36,395 nucleotides of DNA from Thermodesulfobacteriota bacterium (GCA_036381125.1 DASVDK010000237.1:1-36395), one strand, 5' to 3'. Counted from the stretch's first letter, positions 8,271 through 17,088 are shown. Notes: generated by a model from the letters alone, not told the origin. Made by a program: numbers and translations.

Positions 8271-9466
8271 GCGGCGCGGCGTCCGCCGGCCGTGCGCGCC
8301 ATGAGCAGCGAGGCCGCGAGCGGCACGGCGCCGGCCAGGAGCACCGCCGCCGGAAGCCCGCCCGCCTGGTACACCGCCGCCACCGCCACCGGCCCGACGA
8401 CGGCCGCCAGGTCGCCCGTGAACCGGAAGAGGCCGATCGTCCGCGCGTGCCTGGAGGGCGGCACCGCGCGCAGGAGGAGCGTCGCCGGGATCATCCAGGC
8501 CGAGAAGGTCATGCCGACGACGAAGGCCGCCGCCGAGAGGAGCGCGGGCGACGGCGCGAGGAGCACCGCCGGCGCCGCGAGCGCCGCGACGCCGAGCGCC
8601 GCCGCCAGGACGCGCGCGCCGCCCCCCGTCCGGTCCGCCAGGGTCGCCACGGGCAGGAGGAAGAGGAGGTCGGCCGCGTAGTTGAAGGAGAGGACCCGCC
8701 CGATGCCGGTCGCGTCGAGACCGAGATGGCTGGCCGCCGCGAGCGGCAGGAGGGTCACCATGACGCCGTTCCAGGTGAGGGAGATGCTGAACGACGCGGC
8801 GACGGCCGGCACGATCGGCGACGGCGCCTCCGCGACCTCGGCCGGCTTCCCGCCCCGGCCTGGCGGCAGCGCCGGCTCGGCCGCTGCCGCGGTCCAGGGC
8901 AGGTGCGCCCCGGCCCAGGTGGCGGCGGCGGCGAGGAGCCCCACCAGGGCCAGCGCGCCGCGCCAGCCGGCGAGCGACGAGACCGGGCCGGCGACGAGCC
9001 CCACGAGGAGGAAGCTGCCGACCGTCGTGAACTCCGAGAGCGACCCCGCCCGCGATCGGACCGACGGCGGCAGCACGGTGATCACGAAGAGCAGGAGCGT
9101 GAGGCTCGTCAGTCCCTGGCCGAGCCCTCCGAGCGCCCGCGCCGCGTAGAGGGCCCAGGGCGAGGGGGCGAGGGCCGAGAGGAGGCCGCTTGCCGCGAGG
9201 AGGAGGCCCCCCGCGACGAAGCCGCGACGCCGGCCGATCCGCTCGAGGACGAGGCCGGCCGGCAGGTCGATCGCCAGGCGCGCCACGGCGAAGGCCGAGA
9301 CGATCCCGGCGGCGCCGACGTCCGAGAGGGCGAGGGCGCCGCGCATGACCGGCAGGAGCGGCGGCACCACGCCGATGGCGGCGGCGAACGCGCAGTTGCA
9401 GACGAGCGCCGTGGCGACGGCGCGGCGCGTTGCCGCGCCGCCGGGCGCGCCCCCGTCCGGGAGCAC
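8267..9466 (-). CDS. MFS transporter
   Basis: About 12 hydrophobic segments; motif A-like GLVLERIGRR and ATLADRTGG; ARALGGLG. Start uncertain. Confidence 0.85.
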   Translation of the reverse strand: MLPDGGAPGGAATRRAVATALVCNCAFAAAIGVVPPLLPVMRGALALSDVGAAGIVSAFAVARLAIDLPAGLVLERIGRRRGFVAGGLLLAASGLLSALAPSPWALYAARALGGLGQGLTSLTLLLFVITVLPPSVRSRAGSLSEFTTVGSFLLVGLVAGPVSSLAGWRGALALVGLLAAAATWAGAHLPWTAAAAEPALPPGRGGKPAEVAEAPSPIVPAVAASFSISLTWNGVMVTLLPLAAASHLGLDATGIGRVLSFNYAADLLFLLPVATLADRTGGGARVLAAALGVAALAAPAVLLAPSPALLSAAAFVVGMTFSAWMIPATLLLRAVPPSRHARTIGLFRFTGDLAAVVGPVAVAAVYQAGGLPAAVLLAGAVPLAASLLMARTAGGRRAA

Positions 9467-9475
9467 CTGTCGACG

Positions 9476-10006
9476 CTAGACGGAAGTCCCCGGAGCCCGG
9501 CGAACCAGGGCCCGGGCGGCCGGGTCGGCGTCGATGGCGGCCTGCTCCTCCGGCGCGAGGTCGCGCGGCCGGTCCCGCTCCGACGCGACGATGCAGAAGA
9601 AGCCGAAGGGGGCGTCGCTCGTGTTCACGAACTGATGGGGCGTGTCCGGGCCGATGTAGAGCGCGTCCTTCTCGCGCAGCTCGCGCGTCTCGTGCCCCAC
9701 GAGCACCTGCCCCACGCCGCGGGCGCCGATGACCAGGTGCTCGTGGCGGTGCTTCTCGAGCGAGGAGTGGCCGCCCGGCGCCACCTCGAAGTAGCGAAGC
9801 TGCATCGACGGCCGACCGCTGTGGTGACCGACGATGACGTGCCGCTCGATCCCGCAGAAGAAGCGCCCGCCGGCCGCCTCGGCATAGGCCTTCCGCTCGA
9901 CCCCCTCCCACCCGTGCCTCGCCGGGTCGAACCGGTAGTACGCCCCCTCGTGCCCCTCGATGCGCGTCGGGTCCTTCACCCCGACGTCCGCCTTGACGTC
10001 GCTCAC
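9476..10006 (-). CDS. Cupin domain protein resembling the MTXu-5P methylsulfurylase-type cupins
   Basis: GGAGG RBS; GTG overlaps the upstream stop (GTGA); WEGV..KAY, LRYFEVAPGGHSSLEKHRHEH, PHQF, PFGFFCIVASERDRP. Confidence 0.85.
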   Translation of the reverse strand: MSDVKADVGVKDPTRIEGHEGAYYRFDPARHGWEGVERKAYAEAAGGRFFCGIERHVIVGHHSGRPSMQLRYFEVAPGGHSSLEKHRHEHLVIGARGVGQVLVGHETRELREKDALYIGPDTPHQFVNTSDAPFGFFCIVASERDRPRDLAPEEQAAIDADPAARALVRRAPGTSV

Positions 10007-11133
10007 TGGGCCTCCAACGGCTCGCGGCCGCTCGCCTCGTCGGCGCCTCCCGGCGCCGCCCCGAAGACGATCATCGATTTTATCGCGCGCCCGCCCCTCG
10101 CCATGGTCCGGTAGGCCTCGGCCACCCCCTCGATCGGCGCGCGGTGGGTGACGAGGTCGGCCGCCCGCACGACGCCCGCCCCGATCGCCTCGAGGGCGGC
10201 GCGCGTGTCCTCCGGGCCGCAGGAGTAGGACGGGATCAGCGACACCTCGTCGAAGTAGAGCCGGTTCGTGTCGACCGGCGTCGTGCGCCCCGGCGCGGTC
10301 GGCGTGAAGAGCACCACGCGCCCGGCGGGGGCCGCCAGCGCCACGCCCTGCGCGATGGCCTCCGGCGTGCCCGGTCCGACGACGACGAGGTCGGCGAGCC
10401 GGCCCCCGGTCGCCTCGCGCAGGACGGCGGCGGCGTCCTCCTGCGGCGGCCGGACGGTCCGGTCGGCGCCGAGGGCGAGCCCGGCCGCGCAGCGGTCGGC
10501 GTCGAGGTCGATCCCGACCACCGGCGAGGCCCCGGCCGCCTTCGCGAGCCTCACGTGGATGAGGCCCATCACGCCGAGGCCGATCACCGCGACCGCGTCC
10601 CCGGCGCGCACCCCGGCCCTCCGCAGCGACTTCACCACGCAGGCGGTCGGCTCGACCAGGGCGCCGTCCTCGAACGAGAGACCGGGCGGCAGCCGCAGGG
10701 TGTCGCCCTCGAGGTTCACGCGCGGGACGCGCACGTACTCGGCGACGCCCCCCGGGTCGAGGCGCGACCGCCGCCAGGTCTCGCACTGCACCGGCTCGCC
10801 GCGCCGGCAGGCGCGGCACTCGAAGCAGGGCGCGTGGTGGTGCACCGCCACGCGGTCGCCGACGCGGAACGGGTCGCCCCCCGCCCGCGGCGCCACCGGC
10901 TCAGCGCCGCCGAGCGCCACGACCTCGCCCGCCACCTCGTGCCCCAGGACCAGCGGCGCCTTCCGCGCGATGTACCACGGCATGAGGTCCCCGGAGCAGA
11001 TGCCGGCCGCCCGGACCCGGACGAGCGCCTCGCCCGGCCCCGGCTGCGGGACGCGCGCGCGCTCGACCCTGATGTCGTCGGCCGAGCGGACGACGGCGAG
11101 CCGCATGGTGGAGGGGAGCGCCGGGGCGGCCAC
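10003..11133 (-). CDS. Zn-dependent medium-chain alcohol/polyol dehydrogenase
   Basis: GICSGD, LGHEVAG, CFECRAC...QC structural Zn, VEPTAC, GLGVMG. Confidence 0.9.
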   Translation of the reverse strand: MAAPALPSTMRLAVVRSADDIRVERARVPQPGPGEALVRVRAAGICSGDLMPWYIARKAPLVLGHEVAGEVVALGGAEPVAPRAGGDPFRVGDRVAVHHHAPCFECRACRRGEPVQCETWRRSRLDPGGVAEYVRVPRVNLEGDTLRLPPGLSFEDGALVEPTACVVKSLRRAGVRAGDAVAVIGLGVMGLIHVRLAKAAGASPVVGIDLDADRCAAGLALGADRTVRPPQEDAAAVLREATGGRLADLVVVGPGTPEAIAQGVALAAPAGRVVLFTPTAPGRTTPVDTNRLYFDEVSLIPSYSCGPEDTRAALEAIGAGVVRAADLVTHRAPIEGVAEAYRTMARGGRAIKSMIVFGAAPGGADEASGREPLEAQ

Positions 11134-11134
11134 C

Positions 11135-12160
11135 TCAGGGCCTCACCACGTACTTGATCCCCTCGCCGCGGTCCATCGCCTCGAAGGCGGCGGCGATCTC
11201 CTCGAGCGGCACCTCGGCCGTGAGGAGGGGACGGATCGGGACGCGACCCGCGGAGAGCCACCCGTGCGCCGCCGCGACGTCCCTCGGCGTGAAGTGGAAG
11301 GGCGAGAGGAGCCTGAGCTCGTCGTAGTGGAGGCGTCCCGCGTCCAGGGGGAAGGGCGCGCCCGCGGGCAGGCCGCCGAAGCAGCAGACGGTCCCCCCCG
11401 GTCGCGCCCGTGCGATCGCCTCGGCCCACCCCGCCGCCAGCCCCGTGCACTCGATCACCACGTCCGGCCCGCGCCCCTCCGTCGCGTCGCGGACGGCGGC
11501 GTCGACGTCGTCGCGGTCGGCATCGAGGACCTGCCAGGCCCCGAGGGCCCGCGCGATCTCGAGACGGGGCGCCCGCCGCCCGCTCACGATGAGCCGCTCG
11601 ACGCCGATCGCCCTGAGCGCCGCCACGTGGAGCAGCCCGAAGCCGCCGGCGCCGACCACGAGCACGACGTCGTCCGGCCGGGCCCCGAGCACCCCGACGC
11701 TGTGCGCGACGCAGGCGAGCGGCTCGAGGGCCGCGGCCTCCTCGAAGGGGAGCGCGTCGGGCTTGGGGAAGAGGTGGCGCGCCACGATGTGCGCCGGCAC
11801 CCGGAGCCGATCGGCGTACGCGCCGAGCATGAGCCGCCCCATGACGTCGGGGCAGAGGTTCTCCTGCCGGCGCTGGCAGAGCCGGCACGCCCCGCACGGC
11901 GCGGTATGGACCCCCATGACGGCGTCCCCCTCGCGGAACGCCGTGACCCCCCGCCCCACGCGGGCGACGACGCCCGCGTACTCGTGGCCGAAGGGGGTCG
12001 GCATCGGCATCTTCGGGTGGCCCCGGCGGAACGCCTTGAGGTCGGTGCCGCAGGTGAGCGCCGCGCGGACGGCCAGGACGACCTCACCCGGTCCCGGCAG
12101 GGGATCGGGCTCCTCCTCGACGACGATCCGACCGGGGGCGAGCAGGCGAGCGACGCGCAT
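11135..12160 (-). CDS. Zn-dependent medium-chain alcohol/polyol dehydrogenase
   Basis: LTCGTDLK, FGHEYAG, CGACRLC...NLC, LEPLAC, GAGGFG. Confidence 0.9.
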   Translation of the reverse strand: MRVARLLAPGRIVVEEEPDPLPGPGEVVLAVRAALTCGTDLKAFRRGHPKMPMPTPFGHEYAGVVARVGRGVTAFREGDAVMGVHTAPCGACRLCQRRQENLCPDVMGRLMLGAYADRLRVPAHIVARHLFPKPDALPFEEAAALEPLACVAHSVGVLGARPDDVVLVVGAGGFGLLHVAALRAIGVERLIVSGRRAPRLEIARALGAWQVLDADRDDVDAAVRDATEGRGPDVVIECTGLAAGWAEAIARARPGGTVCCFGGLPAGAPFPLDAGRLHYDELRLLSPFHFTPRDVAAAHGWLSAGRVPIRPLLTAEVPLEEIAAAFEAMDRGEGIKYVVRP

Positions 12161-12166
12161 CCCGGG

Positions 12167-12195
12167 GATTCTAGCGCCGCCTGCGCGCTAGAATC
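12167..12195. promoter_or_regulatory. Palindromic divergent promoter with back-to-back TAGAAT -10 boxes
   Basis: GATTCTAGCGC-N7-GCGCTAGAATC; TAGAAT lies 7 nt before ATG 12160 (-) and 9 nt before ATG 12204 (+); neither gene has an SD. Confidence 0.65.
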
Positions 12196-12203
12196 GGCGG
12201 GCC

Positions 12204-14060
12204 ATGCCCGAACCCACCCATGTCCTGCGCGGCCACCCGGCGTCGGCCGGGGCCGCGGCGGGCGGGACCGAGAGGGCGAGGCGCGCGGACGACGAAGGCC
12301 CGGTCCGCCTGCTCGCCCGCTTCTTCCCGCTTCTCGCGCCCGTCCGGTGGCCCCTCGCGATCGCGCTCCTGCTCGCCGTGCTGTCGCCCCTGGTCTCGAC
12401 CGCGGTCATCGCCATCGTCAAGGTCATCATGGACGAGGCGGTCATCCCCCGCGACGTGGCCCGCCTGCGCGAGGTGCTCGTCGTCTTCCTCGGGCTCTCG
12501 GTCCTCAAGGGCCTCGTCGACTTCGCCGACGGCTACCTCTCGACCTGGGTCGGCGAGCGCTTCCTGCTCGACCTGAAGACCCTCGTCCACCGCCGGCTCG
12601 TCACCCGCTCGCTCGAGTTCCACGCGGGCGCTCGCGTGGGGGACCTCCTCACGCGCCTCACGAGCGACGTCGTGGTCGTCGAGAACCTGATGGTCTCCGG
12701 AAGCCTCGAGATCCTGAGGAGCCTCCTCACCCTCGTCTACTTCGGCGCCGCGCTGGTCTACCTGTCGCCCCGGCTCGCGGTGATCGTCCTGCTGACGGTG
12801 CCGATCTTCGGCCTCGTGTCGAAAGCCTACATGACCCGGGTGCGCGACGCCTCGCGCGAGGCGCGCCGGCTCGACGGCGAGGCCGCCTCCATCGCCGAGG
12901 AGGCGCTCGCCAACGTGCCGCTGGTCCAGGCGCTCGACCGGACCGGCTACGAGGCGGACCGGTTCCGGCAGGCGGTCGGCCGGTTCTTCGCGGCCGTCAT
13001 GCGGCGCGCCCGCCTCAGGGCCTCCTTCTCGGCGCTCGTCGACACGGTGCCGGTCGTCGGCACGATCGCCGTCTTCTGGATCGGCACCATGGAGCTGATC
13101 GCGGGGCGGATCACGCTCGGCGCCCTGGTCGCCTTCGTGAGCTACCTCGCCTCGCTCTACGCGCCGGTCCGCACCCTGGCGCGGCTCTCGAACCAGGCGC
13201 AGGCGGCCGGCGCGTCGGCCGAGCGGCTCACCGACCTCCTCGCGCCCGACCCCGGGCCCCGCGAGGCCGAGGGGGCCCGCCGGCTCGCGCGCGCCGCGGG
13301 CCGGATCGCCTTCGAGCGGGTCGGCTTCGCCTACCGTCCGGGGCGGCCGGTCCTCAGGGACGTGTCGTTCGAGGTCCGGCCGGGCGAGATGGTGGCGCTC
13401 GTGGGGCCGAGCGGCGCCGGCAAGAGCACGATCGTCAAGCTCCTGCTGCGGCTGTACGACCCGACGCACGGCCGCATCACGCTCGACGGCCACGACCTGC
13501 GGGAGCTCACCTTCCGGTCGCTGCGCGACCAGGTCGCGCTGGTGCTCCAGGACCCGTACATCTTCGACGGGACGGTCAAGGAGAACCTCCGCTACGGGCG
13601 TCTCGACGCCACCGACGCCGACCTCGAGCGGGCCGCGCGCCTGGCCAACGCGCACGACTTCATCACGGCGCTGCCGCACGGGTACGACACCGACGTCGGC
13701 GCCAAGGGGGTGCGGCTCTCCGGCGGGCAGCAGCAGCGGCTCGCCATCGCCCGCGCGCTCCTGCGCGACGCGCCGATCCTGGTCCTCGACGAGGCGACCT
13801 CCTCGCTCGACTCCGAGAGCGAGCACCTGATCCAGCAGGCGCTCGAGCGCCTCACCGCCAGGCGGACGACGCTCGTCATCGCCCACCGCCTCTCGACCGT
13901 GCGGCGCGCCGACCGGATCGTCGTGCTCGACGAGGGGCGGGTCGTCGAGTCGGGGACCCACGAGGCGCTCCTCGCGCAGGGAGGCCTCTACCGGCGGCTC
14001 TACGAGCGCCAGTTCATGCCGGCGGCGGTGCCGGTCGCCGGCGTCGCCTCCGCGGACTGA
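12204..14060 (+). CDS. ABC transporter, fused permease/ATPase (ABCB/MsbA-like half transporter)
   Basis: N-terminal TM domain; GPSGAGKST, LSGGQQQR, LVLDEATSSLD, IAHRLST. Confidence 0.92.
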   Translation: MPEPTHVLRGHPASAGAAAGGTERARRADDEGPVRLLARFFPLLAPVRWPLAIALLLAVLSPLVSTAVIAIVKVIMDEAVIPRDVARLREVLVVFLGLSVLKGLVDFADGYLSTWVGERFLLDLKTLVHRRLVTRSLEFHAGARVGDLLTRLTSDVVVVENLMVSGSLEILRSLLTLVYFGAALVYLSPRLAVIVLLTVPIFGLVSKAYMTRVRDASREARRLDGEAASIAEEALANVPLVQALDRTGYEADRFRQAVGRFFAAVMRRARLRASFSALVDTVPVVGTIAVFWIGTMELIAGRITLGALVAFVSYLASLYAPVRTLARLSNQAQAAGASAERLTDLLAPDPGPREAEGARRLARAAGRIAFERVGFAYRPGRPVLRDVSFEVRPGEMVALVGPSGAGKSTIVKLLLRLYDPTHGRITLDGHDLRELTFRSLRDQVALVLQDPYIFDGTVKENLRYGRLDATDADLERAARLANAHDFITALPHGYDTDVGAKGVRLSGGQQQRLAIARALLRDAPILVLDEATSSLDSESEHLIQQALERLTARRTTLVIAHRLSTVRRADRIVVLDEGRVVESGTHEALLAQGGLYRRLYERQFMPAAVPVAGVASAD

Positions 14061-14217
14061 CCGATGGGGGCGCCGATCCGCGTCGCCACGCGGCCCCGCA
14101 CCGCCCGCTCGACCCGCGGCAGCACGTAACGGCTCGCCGGGAAGAACGCCAGCGCCCCCAGGACCGGCCCACCCGCCACGCGGGGGGCCACGCGCCGGAC
14201 CCCGCGCCGCCCCCTCG

Positions 14218-14814
14218 CTATCCCGCCCGCCGTCCCTCGGACGGCGCGGGCTCGCGGATGAAGGACGCTTTCATCGCCCAGAGGGTTCCCGGGTAGCGGT
14301 CGAGCAGCTCGTTCCACCCCTCCTTGAGCGCCTCCCCGCGCCCCGTCGCCCGGTAGCGGGCCACCGCGAGCCAGTAGAGCGCCTCCGGGGTCTGCGGCGA
14401 GACCGCCGCCTCGCGGGCGGCGCGCAGGCAGGCCGCCTCGGCGTCGGCGTAGCGCCGCTCGGCGAACGCCACCATCGCTTCGCCCAGCGCCAGCTCGACG
14501 AGGAACGCCTCCGGCTCGAGGTAGCCGGTCGAGGCGCGCACCAGCCGATCGTCGGGGGTCCGGAACTGGAAGGTCGGGGTCCAGACGGCGCCGAGCGCGC
14601 CGGCGACCTCCGACTGCTGCGTGAAGCTGACCTTCACCGGGACCATGCTCGCGAGCGCCTCGCGCACGCGGGGGTGTGGATACGTCACGGCATCCATTCG
14701 GGCGCAGCCGCCTCAGGTGGGGGCAAAGACGTCCACGAAGAGCAGCCGCCGCTCGCGGCGCGCTCGTTCGCGCGCCTCCTCGAGCGAGGCCGCCCAGGCG
14801 ATCGCATCGGCCAT
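14218..14814 (-). CDS. Thioredoxin-fold plus TPR-like protein, probable selenoprotein (UGA=Sec at codon 34, UGGC motif), 198 aa
   Basis: GAGGAGG RBS, ATG 14814: MADAIAWAASLEEARERARRERRLLFVDVFAPT-TGA(14715-14713)-GGCARMDAVTYPHPRV..., in frame with the tracked 14218..14697 ORF (cis-Pro WTPT; TPR-like PEALYWLAVARY). Confidence 0.9.
14677..14696 (-). promoter_or_regulatory. Putative bacterial SECIS hairpin for the Trx-TPR gene
   Basis: mRNA UGGAUGC-CGUGAC-GUAUCCA: 7-bp stem starting 17 nt after the UGA, built from codons unusual for this DNA (GAT, TAT, CCA). Confidence 0.7.
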
Positions 14815-14987
14815 GTCGAGACCTCCTCAAGAGGGAGAACTGGACGCGCGCGGCCTGCGCGCGTCCTCCAAGGCTGATCGCCAGCACCCGACGAGGTCAA
14901 GCGGCAAACGCCCGCCGCACGGGCGGTTCTCCCGGCGGCAGCGAGGAGGTTGGCGGACGGGGGACGCGGGCGGTACGGCCGGGGTGC

Positions 14988-15007
14988 AACCCGGTTCGGA
15001 CCGAGTC
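14988..15007. repeat. Degenerate copy of the 20-bp HNH-associated palindrome
   Basis: AACCCGGTTCGGACCGAGTC vs AACTCGGTTCGAACCGAGTT (17/20), followed by GGG like the other copies. Confidence 0.65.
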
Positions 15008-15040
15008 GGGCGGGCAGCGCACTCGACGACGTCTCGAGCG

Positions 15041-15095
15041 TTCCATGGGGTCAGGCCTTTCCGTTTTCCATGGGGTCAGGCCTTTCCATTTTCCA
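15041..15095 (+). repeat. 25-bp tandem repeat, 2.2 copies
   Basis: TTCCATGGGGTCAGGCCTTTCCGTT / TTCCATGGGGTCAGGCCTTTCCATT / TTCCA. Confidence 0.9.
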
Positions 15096-15337
15096 GACGG
15101 GGCACGTTGGAGGCCGGCCGCTTCGTCTGCCACGGGCCGCAGCCGCCCCGTCCCTCGCGCTTCATGCCACGGTGATCGGCGGTGACGCGTAGATCCCCAC
15201 GGCGCGATACCTCCTCTGCGCGAGCCGGCCGGGGGGGTCTCGTAGCGAGGCCACATGCTCCCGGCCGGCAGCGCGCCGGGAGACGGTTGCCTGTCGCGGA
15301 GGCAGCACATGCCGCACGACCGGCTCTGTCCGTACGG

Positions 15338-15363
15338 CCCAACTCGGTCCGAACCGAGTTGGG
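15338..15363. repeat. HNH-associated palindrome, upstream copy
   Basis: CCCAACTCGGT-CCGA-ACCGAGTTGGG (core 15341-15360, 19/20 to the downstream copy). Confidence 0.85.
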
Positions 15364-15585
15364 GGAGCGGCGCGGCGCGCGCGACGTCGAAGAATTCTCT
15401 TGACAGCTTACGATGGCGACACGGCCGTGCGGCACGGAGCCCGCGTGGACAGGCCCTGCACGGCCGGCCATCGCCCGCCAGGCACGACTTCGAAGCACAA
15501 GGGCCGCGTCGAGAGGGTCAGAGTCTCGCGCGCCGTACGGAGGTGTGCCGGAAGCCCGCCCAAGTCTCCGTGATAGAAACGAAGC

Positions 15586-16851
15586 ATGATGTCTCCGATC
15601 GCGCTCTCATCTCTGACGGCCCTCTCCGATGCCGACCTTCTCGCCCGGATCGCCCGGCTCGCGGCGCAGGAGCGCGAGGCAACCGTCGCGCTGATTGCGC
15701 ACCTCGTCGAACTCGACGCCCGGCGCCTCTACCTGGCCGAAGGCTACCCGTCGCTCTTCGCCTACTGCACGCAGGCCCTCCACCTCTCCGAGCATGCCGC
15801 GTACGGGCGGATCGAGGCGGCGCGCGCGGCGCGGCGCTTTCCCGTTATCCTCGAGCGCCTTGCCGGCGGGTCAATCACGCTCACGACGGTGACGCTCCTC
15901 GCGCCGCACCTCACGGTGGAGAATCATCGGGACCTGCTCGAGCAGGCCCGCCACAAGAGCCGGCGGGAGGTCGAGGCGCTGGTGGCGGCGCTCCGTCCCC
16001 AGCCGCCCGTGCCCACCTCGGTGCGCCGGCTGCCGGCACCACGGCCTGCGCCGGCCGTGCCCCTGTCACCGGCGGAGGCGGCGCTTCCCGACGCGTCTGG
16101 ACCGACCCCGCTCCTCCCCGCGACGGCGCCGCCCGCGATCGAAGCGGCGCCAGTGAGCCCCCCTCCCCCGATTCCAGCCTCCCAGGCGGCCGCGTCACCG
16201 CCGGCCCCCGAAGCGTCCGTAGCCGTGTCGGCGCTGACGCCGACGTCACCGGCGTCGACTGGCACTCCGACACCACCGACGCGATCGCCGGTCGTGGCCC
16301 CTCTGGCGCCCGACCGCTACAAGGTCCAGTTCACCGCGAGCGCCGAGACCTACGCCAGGCTACGGCAGGCGCAGGATCTCCTGCGCCACCAGATCCCCGA
16401 CGGCGACATTGCCCAGGTCCTCGACCGGGCCCTCACGGTCCTTGTCGAGACGCTCCTCAAGCAGAAGGTCGCCGCGACCGATCGACCGCGGGCGGGGACG
16501 CCCCCGAGGCCGGGCTCGCGCCACGTGCCGGCGGCGGTGAGGCGGGCGGTCTGGGCGCGCGACGGGGGACGGTGCGCCTTCGTGAGCCGGACTGGGCGCC
16601 GGTGTGCGGAGCGGGGCTTTCTCGAGTTCCACCACGTGCGGCCGTACGCAGAAGGCGGCCCGGCGACGGTCGAGAACATCGAGTTGCGCTGTCGGGCGCA
16701 CAACGGGTACGAAGCGGAGCGGGTGTTCGGCCCCCGGGGCGCGTCGCAGGTGCGGGAGCCGGCGGCCGTCTACGTCGCGGCTCGCCGGGTCGCCGCCTGG
16801 CGGCGAACTCGGTTCGAACCGAGTTGGGCCTCGGCCGGCCAGCCGCCGTAG
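15586..16851 (+). CDS. HNH endonuclease with N-terminal helical (DUF222-like) domain and Pro/Ala-rich linker
   Basis: C-terminal RHVPAAVRRAVWARDGGRCAF...C...LEFHHVRP..GG..TVENIELRCRAHN; N-terminal LSDADLL...LIAHLVELDARRLYL..GYPSLFAYC. Confidence 0.85.
   Translation: MMSPIALSSLTALSDADLLARIARLAAQEREATVALIAHLVELDARRLYLAEGYPSLFAYCTQALHLSEHAAYGRIEAARAARRFPVILERLAGGSITLTTVTLLAPHLTVENHRDLLEQARHKSRREVEALVAALRPQPPVPTSVRRLPAPRPAPAVPLSPAEAALPDASGPTPLLPATAPPAIEAAPVSPPPPIPASQAAASPPAPEASVAVSALTPTSPASTGTPTPPTRSPVVAPLAPDRYKVQFTASAETYARLRQAQDLLRHQIPDGDIAQVLDRALTVLVETLLKQKVAATDRPRAGTPPRPGSRHVPAAVRRAVWARDGGRCAFVSRTGRRCAERGFLEFHHVRPYAEGGPATVENIELRCRAHNGYEAERVFGPRGASQVREPAAVYVAARRVAAWRRTRFEPSWASAGQPP
16806..16825. 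repeat. HNH-associated perfect palindrome in the 3' end of the HNH ORF
   Basis: AACTCGGTTCGAACCGAGTT is its own reverse complement; followed by GGG. Confidence 0.88.
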
Positions 16852-17048
16852 AGCGCGAGGCCGGCTGGCTGAGAGGAGGTCCCTCGCGGCCCGGCAGTTC
16901 CTAACCGGCCCTCACTCAGAGCAGCCCGTTGTCGGCCAACACGTCCCAAGAGGACCGGTCGGGCAGCTTCATCGTCGGCGAGCGAGATCTCGAGCTTTCA
17001 ACTGGAAGATGCGGAATCGCGCGGGGAAGTAGTCCGTGCGGGACCGAA

Positions 17049-17077
17049 TTGACGGCGCGCGTCCGGGGCGCTACCGT
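17049..17077 (+). promoter_or_regulatory. Sigma70-type promoter of csoR-copA-copZ
   Basis: TTGACG, 17 nt, TACCGT. Confidence 0.65.
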
Positions 17078-17088
17078 CTCGCCTGCTT

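Noticed and set aside
10268-14296. 1342-aa plus-strand ORF and similar long shadow ORFs (31910..35164, 17711..20014, 8109..9911)
   Set aside because: Arg/Pro/Gly-rich text without domain motifs overlapping well-supported genes, as expected from stop-codon scarcity at very high GC. Only short tails (copZ, the leader ORF) were kept.
15041-15095. CRISPR array
   Set aside because: The units are head-to-tail with no spacers, there are only about two, and no cas genes are in the window.
15586-16851. IscB/Cas9-like RNA-guided nuclease
   Set aside because: No PLMP or split RuvC motifs; only a C-terminal HNH after a helical domain and a low-complexity linker.
16852-17040. Small genes between the HNH gene and csoR
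   Set aside because: Only very short minus-strand frames without a convincing start or RBS; treated as possible gene debris.
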